This document shows positions 48,001 to 57,252 of a stretch of DNA of 64,000 bases, one piece after another. The notes under the pieces were generated by a model. The model searched no databases and was not told where the DNA came from. It saw nothing but the letters and a program-made list of their open reading frames with translations. The position numbers and the translations under genes were made by a program. The stretch comes from Spirochaetota bacterium (GTDB lineage: Bacteria > Spirochaetota > UBA4802 > JAFGDQ01): contig JAZDKB010000043.1 in NCBI GenBank assembly GCA_043803405.1, forward strand, positions 1-64,000, read 5' to 3'. How positions within the stretch are numbered: position 1 is the stretch's first letter; each line of letters begins with the position of its first letter.

Positions 48001-49249
48001 GTCTGCAAAGCATTTCAGCAAATCATGGAAGCAGAAAGAAAGAAAAATATGGTTCCCGCCCATGTTCGAGATCGCACCCAGATTTTTTGCAGCCGCATTC
48101 AGAGCATGGGGTTTTGACGCGGAAGCGCTTCCGACAGAGAACGAGGAAGCATACGAATTCGGCAGGCAAAATACGCGCGGAAGCGAGTGCCTGCCCGCAT
48201 GCTCAACAATCGGAGTATTCCTGCAAAAGCTGAAAAAGCTCAACTCCGATCCTTCAAAACATGCTCTCTTTATGCCGACAGCCGAGGGCCCGTGCAGATT
48301 CGGACAGTATGCCATGCTGCACAGAAGCATACTCGACAAAAACGGCTTTAAAGAAACTGAAATATTTTCGCCGACTTCAATGAATTCGTACATGGGCATG
48401 GGCGGTGATTTAAGGCGATATCTTCTGGATATAATAATGTCCGGTGACATATTGACCAAGCTTGTGCATAAAACGCGGCCTTATGAAATAAATAAAAACG
48501 ATACGGACAGGCTTTTGGAAGAAATCTTAATGCAGATGGAATCAGTTATCGAGAAGAAGGGCGATCTGTTAAAATCAACGGCAGATGCACTAAAAAGGCT
48601 TTCACTCATTCCCGTCTTCCCGGAGAAAAAGCCGCTTGTGGGAATTGTAGGTGAAATTTATGTCAGATCGAATCCGTTCTGTAACAACAATGTGATCCGC
48701 TTCATTGAAGAAAGCGGCGGTGAAGTATGGCTTGCTCCGTTCTCGGAATGGGTTATTTATACTGCCTGGATGGAAAGATATTTTGCCCGCATTAATAAGA
48801 ACGGTTTTTTCAGCAGATTAGGAATAAACATTAAAACAAATTATATGATAAAAAGGATGCACGATTTTGAAAATTCCCTGAGACAATATATTCCGGACAG
48901 GATAGAGCCTCCAATGGAGGAAGTACTGGATAAAGGCAAAGAATATGTGCCTATTGAATTTGAAGGAGAAACAATACTTACAATAGGAAGAGTGATTAAA
49001 TTTTTCGAAAGCGGAACCGATATTATTGTGAATTGCGCGCCTTTCGGATGCATGCCCGGAAATATTACTACATCGATATTTCATAATATCAGAAAAAAAT
49101 ACAATAAGCCTATAATTAACTTATTCTATGACGGAGAAAGCGACGTAAACAGAATAATTAAAATTTATCTCAGCAATATTAAAAACGGGGATATAGCTGA
49201 ACTGCCGCTGCTTGCAGGCAAACAGGTATCATTGACAAATATAAACTAA
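45017..49249 (+). CDS. Acyl-CoA dehydratase activase-related multidomain protein (2x BadF/BadG/BcrA/BcrD ATPase + DUF2229 + dehydratase-like C-terminus)
   Basis: GIDAGT and GIDIGSTSTK, two CAAGTGSF motifs, RCAVFAKSD, EIGGQDSK, FSCGPDSF, PFGCMPG. Confidence 0.9.
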   Translation: MQIGIDAGTKFLKIVYTDKNGIIPHVYCQHFGNPEKEVTSLLKDKEFSDIERIVFSGAHAGLLAQAHKNAETADEISAIIECVNYLNIKCRYIVNVGSGSIKLIELDDRGSFSSYLENSLCAAGTGSFLDEQMHRMNFSYKDIETMPFIKDVPDVATRCAVFAKSDLIHRQQEGYSREEMWSGLCKGVAATMLQSVFKGNTPSEETLFCGGLFLNPIVKIWVKDTVKNAVFNDNGHFFSAVGSVILNGKKKRNNNSIQVRIKDSNKKTELRPIELKYSNPVSFTAKKEYFFNDLEVRIHKEPGIKADISLGIDIGSTSTKLIAIEAKTQDVLIDIYGRTKGNPVEATRILFNELSDILGIWAGTDVRSRAYEKKPGDSRFNVVSAGTTGSGRKLIGKIIGADIITNEITAHYKGAAFFNPTIETIFEIGGQDSKYIRAKNGHVVDCNMNFVCAAGTGSFIEEQAQRLGFNVREIGDLVLGITPPHTSDRCTVFMEQDINKLLRNGYTREEVLAGIIRSICKNYLNRVVGSRPVTGDRIFFQGATARNKGLAAVFESILQKEIIVSPHCHVMGAFGAAILSLDRVQRRETFFRGLDIFEQKIELEYTRCDKCANLCKITTAKYDRGLSSSWGFMCGKESLEEKKPEYSTDHFRKASGLTIKPGRRPAEEPETKKIGIPFTLSMHNYLPLWRTFLDELGFEAVISGQSTHELKEKGIRLSKSDFCFPVKLSLAHFHDLADRRDIDAIFYPAILSEKKQDNSMPRMFCPYVIAYPSLAKESLAVSKKIISPSIDFRQNSDQIINTLYNSFKSYNLDKPRILNAYNKGIENYNEYLKKKHEYGNVILTDITQVNKIRDRKKTGIVCIGRPYNLYDKVINLGLTESLRKMNIVVFPYEFLIDPEGDNPAVDYMYWNYGEKILSVAERIRWIDNIYPVYFTNFSCGPDSFVLSRFEEIMAGKPYLIIELDEHGSETGYLTRIEAFMDVILEKDRKNTTERKSAKHFSKSWKQKERKIWFPPMFEIAPRFFAAAFRAWGFDAEALPTENEEAYEFGRQNTRGSECLPACSTIGVFLQKLKKLNSDPSKHALFMPTAEGPCRFGQYAMLHRSILDKNGFKETEIFSPTSMNSYMGMGGDLRRYLLDIIMSGDILTKLVHKTRPYEINKNDTDRLLEEILMQMESVIEKKGDLLKSTADALKRLSLIPVFPEKKPLVGIVGEIYVRSNPFCNNNVIRFIEESGGEVWLAPFSEWVIYTAWMERYFARINKNGFFSRLGINIKTNYMIKRMHDFENSLRQYIPDRIEPPMEEVLDKGKEYVPIEFEGETILTIGRVIKFFESGTDIIVNCAPFGCMPGNITTSIFHNIRKKYNKPIINLFYDGESDVNRIIKIYLSNIKNGDIAELPLLAGKQVSLTNIN

Positions 49250-49284
49250 TATTCTAAAAAATTTTTTACCGGAAGGCGATAAAT

Positions 49285-50478
49285 ATGAGCCAATATGTAG
49301 ATTTAAAAAAAATAGAACGAAAACTGGAAACAGTTGAGCCTCTGGATAAAGCCTTATCGATCCTTAAGGAAAAGACACATGGTCTTATTCTTTATATAAA
49401 AAATGACATTGAAAAAAATGTAATTCAAATAACCAATATACTTGAAGATAACAGCATTATTATTATTACGGATCCTAATTACCAGCCGGAAGGCAACATT
49501 ATAACCATTTACGGTTTGCTTGATAAATACATCGAAATTCATCTTGATATAAATGAAACACAGGGCCCGGGCGTATTCAAATGCAAAGTTAAACAATTTA
49601 AAAGAGCTGTGGAAGTAAGAAAGGAGTTAAGGCTCAGGGTTAAGCCGGAACAGGTAATTGCTTCAGGCTTTATGGTATCGAAACACGCTATTGACATTAC
49701 AACCTATAAAATACCTACAACAATTAAAGTTCTGCTGGATCAGTTCCATTCCAGCAATCTTCATATGAGCGATGTTGTTAAAGTCGATGTTTTTGATAAG
49801 AGCGATTCTATTCTTGAAAATATCAGGAAACAGCAAAAAATATTTTTTGTCGAAGATATTAATAATCCCGAAACATTTCAATCAACTTCCGAAGACATAA
49901 TTAATATTCATGAATTGCTGGGAGAGAATTTGCCCGGCTACATAAGGAAGAATATTGAAAAAGGATATAAATCGGTTATTATTGCGCCAATTGTTTACAT
50001 AATGGATTCGGGAGCCCCTGTTTCATTCGCATATTTACAGTTGATTTCCAAGTCCAGACTATTTACATTGAATGATATCGAAGAAATAAAAAAAATGCTG
50101 GGAAAGCTTGTGAACAGGATCAAGGACGCCAATACTGTTTTAATACAGACAAATCAGGAGATCGTAAATTTAAGCAAATCCGGGGCAAAATTATATATTA
50201 CAGACGAAGAGTTAAAGAAACATCTTCAAAGCACAAAGGGATTTATTTTTAACATAGTCTTTAAATTACAGGCGCCGGTCACCATCTATTGTGAGATAAA
50301 AAATCTGTACCGTGACGATCATGGGAACCTGTTTGCCGGGATCGCGTTTGCCGGCCATTCTTCCAGAAAAAATGAAATGAAAAGATATTATTCTTTCCTT
50401 GAACCTATGATTAAAAATTACAAGCAGCAGCTCCTTGAAGCAAGAAAAAAAACAATCAAACAGCCAGTCAGTAAATGA
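49285..50478 (+). CDS. DUF1577-like protein (GAF-like region and PilZ-like motifs)
   Basis: RKELR and NLSKSG (RxxxR and D/NxSxxG PilZ motifs); FNIVFKLQAPVTI; adjacent to lpxI. Confidence 0.65.
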   Translation: MSQYVDLKKIERKLETVEPLDKALSILKEKTHGLILYIKNDIEKNVIQITNILEDNSIIIITDPNYQPEGNIITIYGLLDKYIEIHLDINETQGPGVFKCKVKQFKRAVEVRKELRLRVKPEQVIASGFMVSKHAIDITTYKIPTTIKVLLDQFHSSNLHMSDVVKVDVFDKSDSILENIRKQQKIFFVEDINNPETFQSTSEDIINIHELLGENLPGYIRKNIEKGYKSVIIAPIVYIMDSGAPVSFAYLQLISKSRLFTLNDIEEIKKMLGKLVNRIKDANTVLIQTNQEIVNLSKSGAKLYITDEELKKHLQSTKGFIFNIVFKLQAPVTIYCEIKNLYRDDHGNLFAGIAFAGHSSRKNEMKRYYSFLEPMIKNYKQQLLEARKKTIKQPVSK

Positions 50479-51278
50479 TAAACACTAATACAGCATTAAT
50501 AGCAGGCGACGGATCATTGCCATTAATACTTGCACAAAGATTAAATGACTCCGGCATATTATCGCTTGTAATTGTATTACAGGGCAATACGGAAAGATTC
50601 GGATTTATTCAGAAAAATATATTTGAATCCGCTCCCGGAAAAATAAAAAATATTATAAATATTTTAAAAAAACATGAAATAAAAAACCTGATAATGATCG
50701 GTAAAATAGATAAAAACGCCTTTCTGGAGCGGAAAGGTTTTGATCTGAAGGCTTTGAAATTATTGAAGAGCATAAAAAACGGAAACGATATGTCCATTTT
50801 TTATGCTGTTGAAAGAGAATTGAAAAATATAGGAGTAGAAATTCTTCCTCAGGACTTATATCTTAAAGATCTGCTGGTTAAAAAAGGAGCAATCACCGGC
50901 AAAAAACCTTCAAAAAAAGATATGCTGGACGCGCAATTCGGGCTAAAATATGCGAAACAAATTGCTTCAATGGATATTGGACAGGCAGTTGTCGTAAAAA
51001 ACCAGGTAATTACAGCAGTAGAGGCGGTGGAGGGATCGGACGAAACAATCAGGCGCGGGGCCGGTCTTGCCAAAACAGGCTCAGTTGTCTGCAAAGCTGC
51101 CAGGGCAAAACAGGATAAAAGATTCGACATACCCGCAGTCGGGCTTGATACAATAAAACTTATGTTCGAATGCAAGTGCTCATTGCTGGCTCTGGAAGCA
51201 GACAGTATTTTCATTGTGAACCCCAAAGAAGTCATTGATTATGCAAACTCCAAAAAGATTTCGATCATTGGAATTTAA
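50475..51278 (+). CDS. lpxI: UDP-2,3-diacylglucosamine diphosphatase LpxI
   Basis: IAGDGSLP, DIGQAVVV, AVEAVEGSD, QDKRFDIPAVG. Confidence 0.93.
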   Translation: MINTNTALIAGDGSLPLILAQRLNDSGILSLVIVLQGNTERFGFIQKNIFESAPGKIKNIINILKKHEIKNLIMIGKIDKNAFLERKGFDLKALKLLKSIKNGNDMSIFYAVERELKNIGVEILPQDLYLKDLLVKKGAITGKKPSKKDMLDAQFGLKYAKQIASMDIGQAVVVKNQVITAVEAVEGSDETIRRGAGLAKTGSVVCKAARAKQDKRFDIPAVGLDTIKLMFECKCSLLALEADSIFIVNPKEVIDYANSKKISIIGI

Positions 51279-51299
51279 AAAACGTTTTACATTTTGTTG

Positions 51300-51326
51300 T
51301 AAAGTCATTTTTTATTTTACCGACAT
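51300..51326 (+). promoter_or_regulatory. Sigma28 (FliA)-like promoter
   Basis: TAAA-N15-ACCGACAT vs consensus TAAA-N15-GCCGATAA. Confidence 0.45.
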
Positions 51327-51396
51327 CTATTAGTAGTATCGATAAACAAATTCCCGGAACAGACATGCATCATATTAATAATTTTTGGAGATAAAT

Positions 51397-51918
51397 ATGA
51401 AAAAAATAATTTTTCTTTCAGTATTTTTAATGGGTTTCTTTTTCATTTCTAATTCAACAGGGCTGCCTCAAAACGGCAGTTTGCTGATCAATAAAATCAG
51501 GCTATTGCCGGAGGACATACCGCAGGGATTTATGTATGGGGTGATCCCGACTCCCTATAAAACAACATTAAAGGATAATCCGTGGGAATTCGATAAAGCC
51601 GCAATAGAAAAGCTTGCGGATAAAATATATCCCGGCGGCGATTACAGACAAATATCGGCGATTCATGTAACAATTATTGCCAGAAAAGACAAACCCTATT
51701 ATGATGATATAGTATGTTATATTATTCAGTTTAAAACCAGTAAGGCAGCAAGAGACGAGATAAAAAAGATGTCCGACTATGCATCCTATAATCATGACAG
51801 AGCGATTCTGCATGTTAAAGATAATTTAGCGGTATTTCTATTTGCCGATGATGTTAGCAATTTTTTACTTTTAAAAGAACTGGATAAAAAGATAGCAGAT
51901 AGAATAGAAAAGAGCTAA
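51397..51918 (+). CDS. Hypothetical exported protein
   Basis: MKK plus hydrophobic signal peptide; GGAG RBS. Confidence 0.7.
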   Translation: MKKIIFLSVFLMGFFFISNSTGLPQNGSLLINKIRLLPEDIPQGFMYGVIPTPYKTTLKDNPWEFDKAAIEKLADKIYPGGDYRQISAIHVTIIARKDKPYYDDIVCYIIQFKTSKAARDEIKKMSDYASYNHDRAILHVKDNLAVFLFADDVSNFLLLKELDKKIADRIEKS

Positions 51919-51923
51919 TTCAA

Positions 51924-52865
51924 ATGTACAATATTTTAGTTGTTGATGTTTCCTCGGACAAAGACTCGGTTGCAGAATTGTTCAGAAAAATAGGCTACAA
52001 TGTTGAGATATCTGAATCAGCATTCGACGCAATGTCAAAGCTTAAAGCTTACGATTTCGACCTGGTGGTATCCGAAGTGGAGCTGCCGGGCAATAATGCA
52101 TTTGAACTGTATAATTACATCAGCACGTATTATCCCTACATTCCGACGATGATGATAACTGAAAAACAAATCGATAATTTTTTTGAGCGTATTTTCCAGG
52201 AAGGCATCGGCAATGTATTATGCAAACCCCTTTTGAAAGATGAAGTAGTCAACCTTGCGGAAAAATTAATCACCAAAAAAAACGTATTCGGCCTTAAAAA
52301 TTATATGAAAGACATTGAGGCAATAAGCAAAATACGTATAACATCTTCGGATAAAATTCAGGAATATATCAATAAAGCCCTTGCCCGAATTGAAAAATGG
52401 GGCTTTAAAATCGAAAATAAAGTAGTATTAAAACTTGTTCTTAATGAAGTAATCATTAACGCAGTATACCATTCACATGGGTATAAAAAAGAGAAAGAAG
52501 CACGAAAACAAATTAATCTTAAAAAAGATGAATATGTGGATCTTTTCCTGGCAAAAAACAGCAGCGGATACGGAATTTCCATTAATGATTATCGCGGCAA
52601 ACTTTCAAAAAAAATGATTCTTGAAAATCTGAATAGAGCGATAAAACAAAGCCAATTAATATTAAAAGCTTATGAAACAGGTGAGGAAATATCGGACGAA
52701 ATAACTGAAACAGGAAGAGGCCTTGATTTATTACGAAAGATTGCAAAGGATTATTATTTTATAATTAAGAGAGACGAACGTACGGAAGTAATTCTTCTTT
52801 TTACTAATATGGAAAACAAAGAACGTGTCATAGGCACATCTCTTAAAATAATAGAGAATATATAA
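51924..52865 (+). CDS. Atypical receiver domain fused to an RsbW-like HATPase_c domain
   Basis: ILVVD...DLVVSEVELP...IT...KP receiver; LNEVIINAVYH, DYRG and GRGL boxes. Confidence 0.8.
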   Translation: MYNILVVDVSSDKDSVAELFRKIGYNVEISESAFDAMSKLKAYDFDLVVSEVELPGNNAFELYNYISTYYPYIPTMMITEKQIDNFFERIFQEGIGNVLCKPLLKDEVVNLAEKLITKKNVFGLKNYMKDIEAISKIRITSSDKIQEYINKALARIEKWGFKIENKVVLKLVLNEVIINAVYHSHGYKKEKEARKQINLKKDEYVDLFLAKNSSGYGISINDYRGKLSKKMILENLNRAIKQSQLILKAYETGEEISDEITETGRGLDLLRKIAKDYYFIIKRDERTEVILLFTNMENKERVIGTSLKIIENI

Positions 52866-53134
52866 AACAATTTTAAATATCTATTCGCTTATACTCCTTC
52901 TTGTCCGATTTAAAAAACCTGCCATAATATTAATACGTCCATATAACCTGAAAAAATATTCATAAATATTCGATTGACACGTTTATCTTTTCAATTTATT
53001 TTTGACGTATATATTCATGTTTTTATACCGAGAATTTAATGAACTTTAAAAGATCGCTTTAGCCTCCTTACTTGTTTGGAAAATAACCAGAATTCTAATT
53101 ATTTTTAAAAAAAATAATTAGTGGAAACGACGTT

Positions 53135-54148
53135 ATGAATGATTTGAAAAATCAAGATGGTACTCCTGAAGAAAATATTTTATATTTTTTAAAGGGCAGA
53201 TTCAAGTCCAACTCGCTGAATTTTTACGGACTTTTTCTTCTTATATTCAATACGCGTAAGGAACTTACAATAAGTCATGTTCTTGTTTCTTCTTTTTCTA
53301 GCGTTTACGACATGGAGCCGCACTTCGGTTGGGAAAAGTACGAAGAATTTATTGTAAATTCAAAATGGAAGGGAAATTATAATCCGAGCATGACTGCCTC
53401 AATTGAATCCTTTTTCAAACAAATAACATTAGAGCAAATCGGACAAAAAGAAATGCTCTATAAATATATTCAGAATTATGATTACGATAATGTCGACACA
53501 TTCATGTTCGACATCATAAAAAGAATAATCCATGACAAAAATTTAATTATTGAAACAGGAATTCAGGAAGCATCGGACATGGAATTCCGCAAAACAAAGG
53601 AATCCAGATCTCAAAAAAAAGAAAAAGAACCTAACGTTGAAAAAATATCATCTGAGGAAGGGGTAACGTTATCTATTCAACTTATTTTGGCTCCTGTAAC
53701 AGGGAAGCCTTTATTTGATCTTAAAATAGGCGATGTAATTATATGTAAAATAATTCCCAATACTGACAGAGCCAATTATTTTATCGATCTCCTTGATCTG
53801 AGAGTGGAAAATTTTGTAAAACCGGTTCCATGCAAGGTCATTGATATTAAATCAGAAGGCAAAGGTTATCCGCTGGAAATATTAACTGAAATAGGTCCAG
53901 GGATTTACGGCAAATGCATTGAAGATGAGCGCCAGGTAAAACTTAGAATGTACGATCCTGCGGTTGATGAACGTATCAGTAAAAAAAATATAGCGGAAAT
54001 AAGAAGGGATTCTTCTAATGAATCATCCGCATCACCTAAAATATCAATAAGGAAAAATATTAATTATACAAAAGTTTTTTATTTCGCAATCGGAGTGCTG
54101 ATAATTATAGCCTTTCTGATTATTACTTATTATTTATTCATATTCTAG
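53135..54148 (+). CDS. Hypothetical protein with C-terminal membrane anchor
   Basis: 337-aa ORF; hydrophobic C-terminal helix. Confidence 0.75.
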   Translation: MNDLKNQDGTPEENILYFLKGRFKSNSLNFYGLFLLIFNTRKELTISHVLVSSFSSVYDMEPHFGWEKYEEFIVNSKWKGNYNPSMTASIESFFKQITLEQIGQKEMLYKYIQNYDYDNVDTFMFDIIKRIIHDKNLIIETGIQEASDMEFRKTKESRSQKKEKEPNVEKISSEEGVTLSIQLILAPVTGKPLFDLKIGDVIICKIIPNTDRANYFIDLLDLRVENFVKPVPCKVIDIKSEGKGYPLEILTEIGPGIYGKCIEDERQVKLRMYDPAVDERISKKNIAEIRRDSSNESSASPKISIRKNINYTKVFYFAIGVLIIIAFLIITYYLFIF

Positions 54149-54229
54149 GAAACTCATATTATCGTTTTAGATGATACGGATTTATTCAAATATTATTTTA
54201 TTTAATTGATACCGGCAAAATAATTTAAG

Positions 54230-54412
54230 TTACAGTGCTCTATGCGGATGAGTTCTGAGTTTTTGCAGCTGGCCTTTTAATATAGAGATATCGAGCATGT
54301 AATTGCTGTATGTAGCATGCATCCCTTTTTTCTTGGCATTCTTTGCCTTTATCTCCATCTTCCTGATTTCGTCTTCAACTCTGCTCAGTTTTGTTTTATC
54401 CTTCACTTTCAT
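54230..54412 (-). CDS. Small basic hypothetical protein (60 aa)
   Basis: AGGAGG RBS upstream of ATG at 54412; Lys-rich. Confidence 0.65.
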   Translation of the reverse strand: MKVKDKTKLSRVEDEIRKMEIKAKNAKKKGMHATYSNYMLDISILKGQLQKLRTHPHRAL

Positions 54413-54582
54413 GTTTATTCCTCCTATGCATAATAAATGATAAAAATTTTTATTTAATTTATTAAAATTAGTTCTAATTTTATCCAAATCATTAGAAGAT
54501 ATAAATAAAAATGAAGATCGTCAAATAAAACTCACAATTTTTTATGGTTTTATTTATTATTTTTTGCGCATATACGACATAA

Positions 54583-54780
54583 TCAGTCTTTAAAGGGGTC
54601 TTTTTTGTTTTGTTCCTCTCTTTTATTTTGTTTTTCTATCACATCTTTCAAAATATATTGATAATTGCTGGATTTATCAATGTTCAGCTGTTCCAGCGGA
54701 ACTTTATTTTTATTATTTTCTTTTTTACATCCCGGAGAAAAAAATATTAATGCAATCAATAAGTATCTGAGTGTTTTCAT
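54583..54780 (-). CDS. Small putative lipoprotein
   Basis: MKTLRYLLIALIFFSPGC signal/lipobox; AAGGT RBS. Confidence 0.6.
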   Translation of the reverse strand: MKTLRYLLIALIFFSPGCKKENNKNKVPLEQLNIDKSSNYQYILKDVIEKQNKREEQNKKDPFKD

Positions 54781-54901
54781 AATTTACCTTTTTAAATTTA
54801 AGAAGAGAATGGATTGTTCCTGTAATTATACTATAAATAATATTTTTATATGCAATAAAAAAACTATTTGTAAAAATAAAATTATTTCTTCTGCAAACCG
54901 G

Positions 54902-54930
54902 TTGACAGCAAATATTATATATATTATGAT
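54902..54930 (+). promoter_or_regulatory. Sigma70 promoter
   Basis: TTGACA-N17-TATGAT. Confidence 0.75.
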
Positions 54931-54961
54931 CCATGATTAAACGGGAAGGGAGGGATTTATT

Positions 54962-55657
54962 ATGAAAATTAATATGAATCTTGACAGGCTTGGCAGCGAA
55001 GCAGCGCCGGTTAAGCCTGCGCGTACTGATCAAAAAGCAAATAATGATATAAATTTAGCAGGGGAAAATCTATCGCAGGCACCGGATAATCTTTTAAAAA
55101 AAAGAATCGATATTGACGCAATTATAGTTACGCAAATAGCACAGGGTTTTTTTCAAAAGGCAGTCGTTATAAGCTCAAAGCTTAAAAGTCTGGCCGCGGA
55201 TGCGCTTGCAACAGGAAAAATAAAAACAGCTGAGTTAAACGATACGTTAAAAGATATTTCTTCTTTGAATAAAATTCAGGAAGGAGTGTCGTCTCCACAA
55301 TCATTTTCTTTTCGCAATAATCTGAATATCAGCCAAGCGGGCGTTACATTTGACTTTGTAAAGACAAAGGAGGATTTAAACGCTTTAAAGGAATTTGCTG
55401 AAGATATTTCCTCAAAAACAATAAATTTAAAAAAGATTGACAGAATAAACGACAGCCTTATCAATAAAGCAGATACGGTGGATAATTTATCCGGTCAGCT
55501 TATTAACAAATTCACCGAATCCGGCAACAGAATTTCTTCAGTTAATAATTATTCTGAGCATGTTCAGGATACGGTTGGCCTGATTTTAAATTATCCGCAA
55601 ACCGCACTAAAATCACAGGGGAACATAAGTCACAATATTGCGAAAAATTTTCTATAA
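54962..55657 (+). CDS. Divergent flagellin-like protein
   Basis: MKINMN start; DAIIVTQIAQGFFQKAVVISSKLKSLAADA resembles the flagellin N-terminal helix; ILNYPQTALKSQGNISHNIAKNFL resembles the flagellin C-terminal D0 helix. Confidence 0.55.
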   Translation: MKINMNLDRLGSEAAPVKPARTDQKANNDINLAGENLSQAPDNLLKKRIDIDAIIVTQIAQGFFQKAVVISSKLKSLAADALATGKIKTAELNDTLKDISSLNKIQEGVSSPQSFSFRNNLNISQAGVTFDFVKTKEDLNALKEFAEDISSKTINLKKIDRINDSLINKADTVDNLSGQLINKFTESGNRISSVNNYSEHVQDTVGLILNYPQTALKSQGNISHNIAKNFL

Positions 55658-55772
55658 AAACCGGTTGCCAATCCTGTTTCGGCATAAAACAGAGTTGATT
55701 CTTAATTATAAGTCCGATTGATTTTTTCATATAAGCTATTCGATTTAAACTAATAATTAACAGGAACCGCTT

Positions 55773-56180
55773 ATGGAAGTATTTGACGGCTTTATTGCTG
55801 CAATCGCATCCGAGTTTAAAATAAAATTCATTAAGGATTCGGATGGGGCATATACCGCTGATATTGAATTTCAGAACGGGAGAACGCAGAAAATATTAAT
55901 AACACTGTCCAAGGACGAAGCCGGCGACAGGCTGATTCATTATTATTCGGTTATAGGTAAAACAAAACACGACTCACTGGAGCTTTATAAATTATCCCTG
56001 GAACTTAATTCAACCCTTGATTATGGGGCAATTACATTGCTGGATGGAACTTTACTGCTTAGGAACTCGATTCTGCTGAACCATTGCGAACCGCAGAGAT
56101 TTATGAAATCCCTGATCTATATAGCTGCCAAAGCGGATGAACTGGAAGAGATATTTATGGGACATTATGATGAAAATTAA
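55773..56180 (+). CDS. YbjN/CesT-like (type III chaperone fold) protein
   Basis: Small acidic protein; GRTQKI, LELNSTLDYGAI, IAAKADELEE. Confidence 0.65.
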   Translation: MEVFDGFIAAIASEFKIKFIKDSDGAYTADIEFQNGRTQKILITLSKDEAGDRLIHYYSVIGKTKHDSLELYKLSLELNSTLDYGAITLLDGTLLLRNSILLNHCEPQRFMKSLIYIAAKADELEEIFMGHYDEN

Positions 56181-56264
56181 ATGTCGAAATACAGTTAATG
56201 AGTTTAGCTAATTGACATCTGGTTATGAAGAATTAAAGAATATTAACAAAAAACGGAGATTTAA

Positions 56265-56726
56265 ATGAAAGTAATAGAAGGGAACCTTGATGCTTCGGGT
56301 TTAAAATTCGGTATTGTTATTTCAAGATTCAACGAATTTATAACAAATAAGTTATTGAGCGGAGCGATCGATTGTTTAAAGAGAAATAAAGCTGATGAAA
56401 AAGATATTACTGTTGCGTGGGTGCCGGGAGCATTCGAGATACCGCCGGTTGTGCAAAGATTGTCGGATTCCAAAAAATTCGACGCGATCATTTGCCTGGG
56501 AGCCGTAATACGGGGATCAACGCCTCACTTTAACTACATAGCTGCAGAAGTAACAAAAGGTATAGCGCACATAAGCCTTACATCGAACATTCCGATAGTA
56601 TACGGAGTTTTAACGACAGATACGATTGAACAGGCGATTGAAAGAGCAGGGACAAAGTCCGGCAACAAGGGATTTGATGCAGCGCTTTCCGCAATTGAAA
56701 TGTGCAATATTTTTACTCAGATCTGA
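56265..56726 (+). CDS. ribH: 6,7-dimethyl-8-ribityllumazine synthase
   Basis: [41 protein letters not shown]. Confidence 0.99.
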   Translation: MKVIEGNLDASGLKFGIVISRFNEFITNKLLSGAIDCLKRNKADEKDITVAWVPGAFEIPPVVQRLSDSKKFDAIICLGAVIRGSTPHFNYIAAEVTKGIAHISLTSNIPIVYGVLTTDTIEQAIERAGTKSGNKGFDAALSAIEMCNIFTQI

Positions 56727-56805
56727 TAACGCAGCCTCTGGTAAAAATATTCCGGTATACTTTGGGAAAATCTGAATTAGAATCTAATTTATATAATCAA
56801 TAATA

Positions 56806-57252
56806 ATGGGACAAAGACATAAAGCAAGGGAATACGCCCTGCAGGCATTATATATGTTCGAAACCGTACAAAGTCCCACAGAAGAACTTTGCTCGCTCGA
56901 ATGGCTGGATAAACAGCTGCCTGAGGAAGTAAAAAAATTTACGATTTCTATAATAAACGGTTCAATAGAGAAGATCGAATTTATCGATAATATAATTAAG
57001 AAGTATTCCAAAAACTGGAAATTCGAAAGATTGAGCGCTATCGATAAATCTATTTTAAGATTATCGATTTATACGCTTCTTTTCCTTCCCGATATACCGA
57101 CAGCGGTTGTTATAAACGAGGGAGTTGAGCTTGGAAAAACATTCGGCGGCGAAAGCTCGGGTCAATTTATTAACGGAGTTCTGGACGCAATAAAGAATAA
57201 AGAGCTTAACAAGGAGAATAATCTGAAAGGTGTTCCGCAAAAGAAAAAATAG
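56806..57252 (+). CDS. nusB: Transcription antitermination factor NusB
   Basis: RHKAREYALQALY, WKFERL, VINEGVELGK, FINGVLD. Confidence 0.98.
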   Translation: MGQRHKAREYALQALYMFETVQSPTEELCSLEWLDKQLPEEVKKFTISIINGSIEKIEFIDNIIKKYSKNWKFERLSAIDKSILRLSIYTLLFLPDIPTAVVINEGVELGKTFGGESSGQFINGVLDAIKNKELNKENNLKGVPQKKK

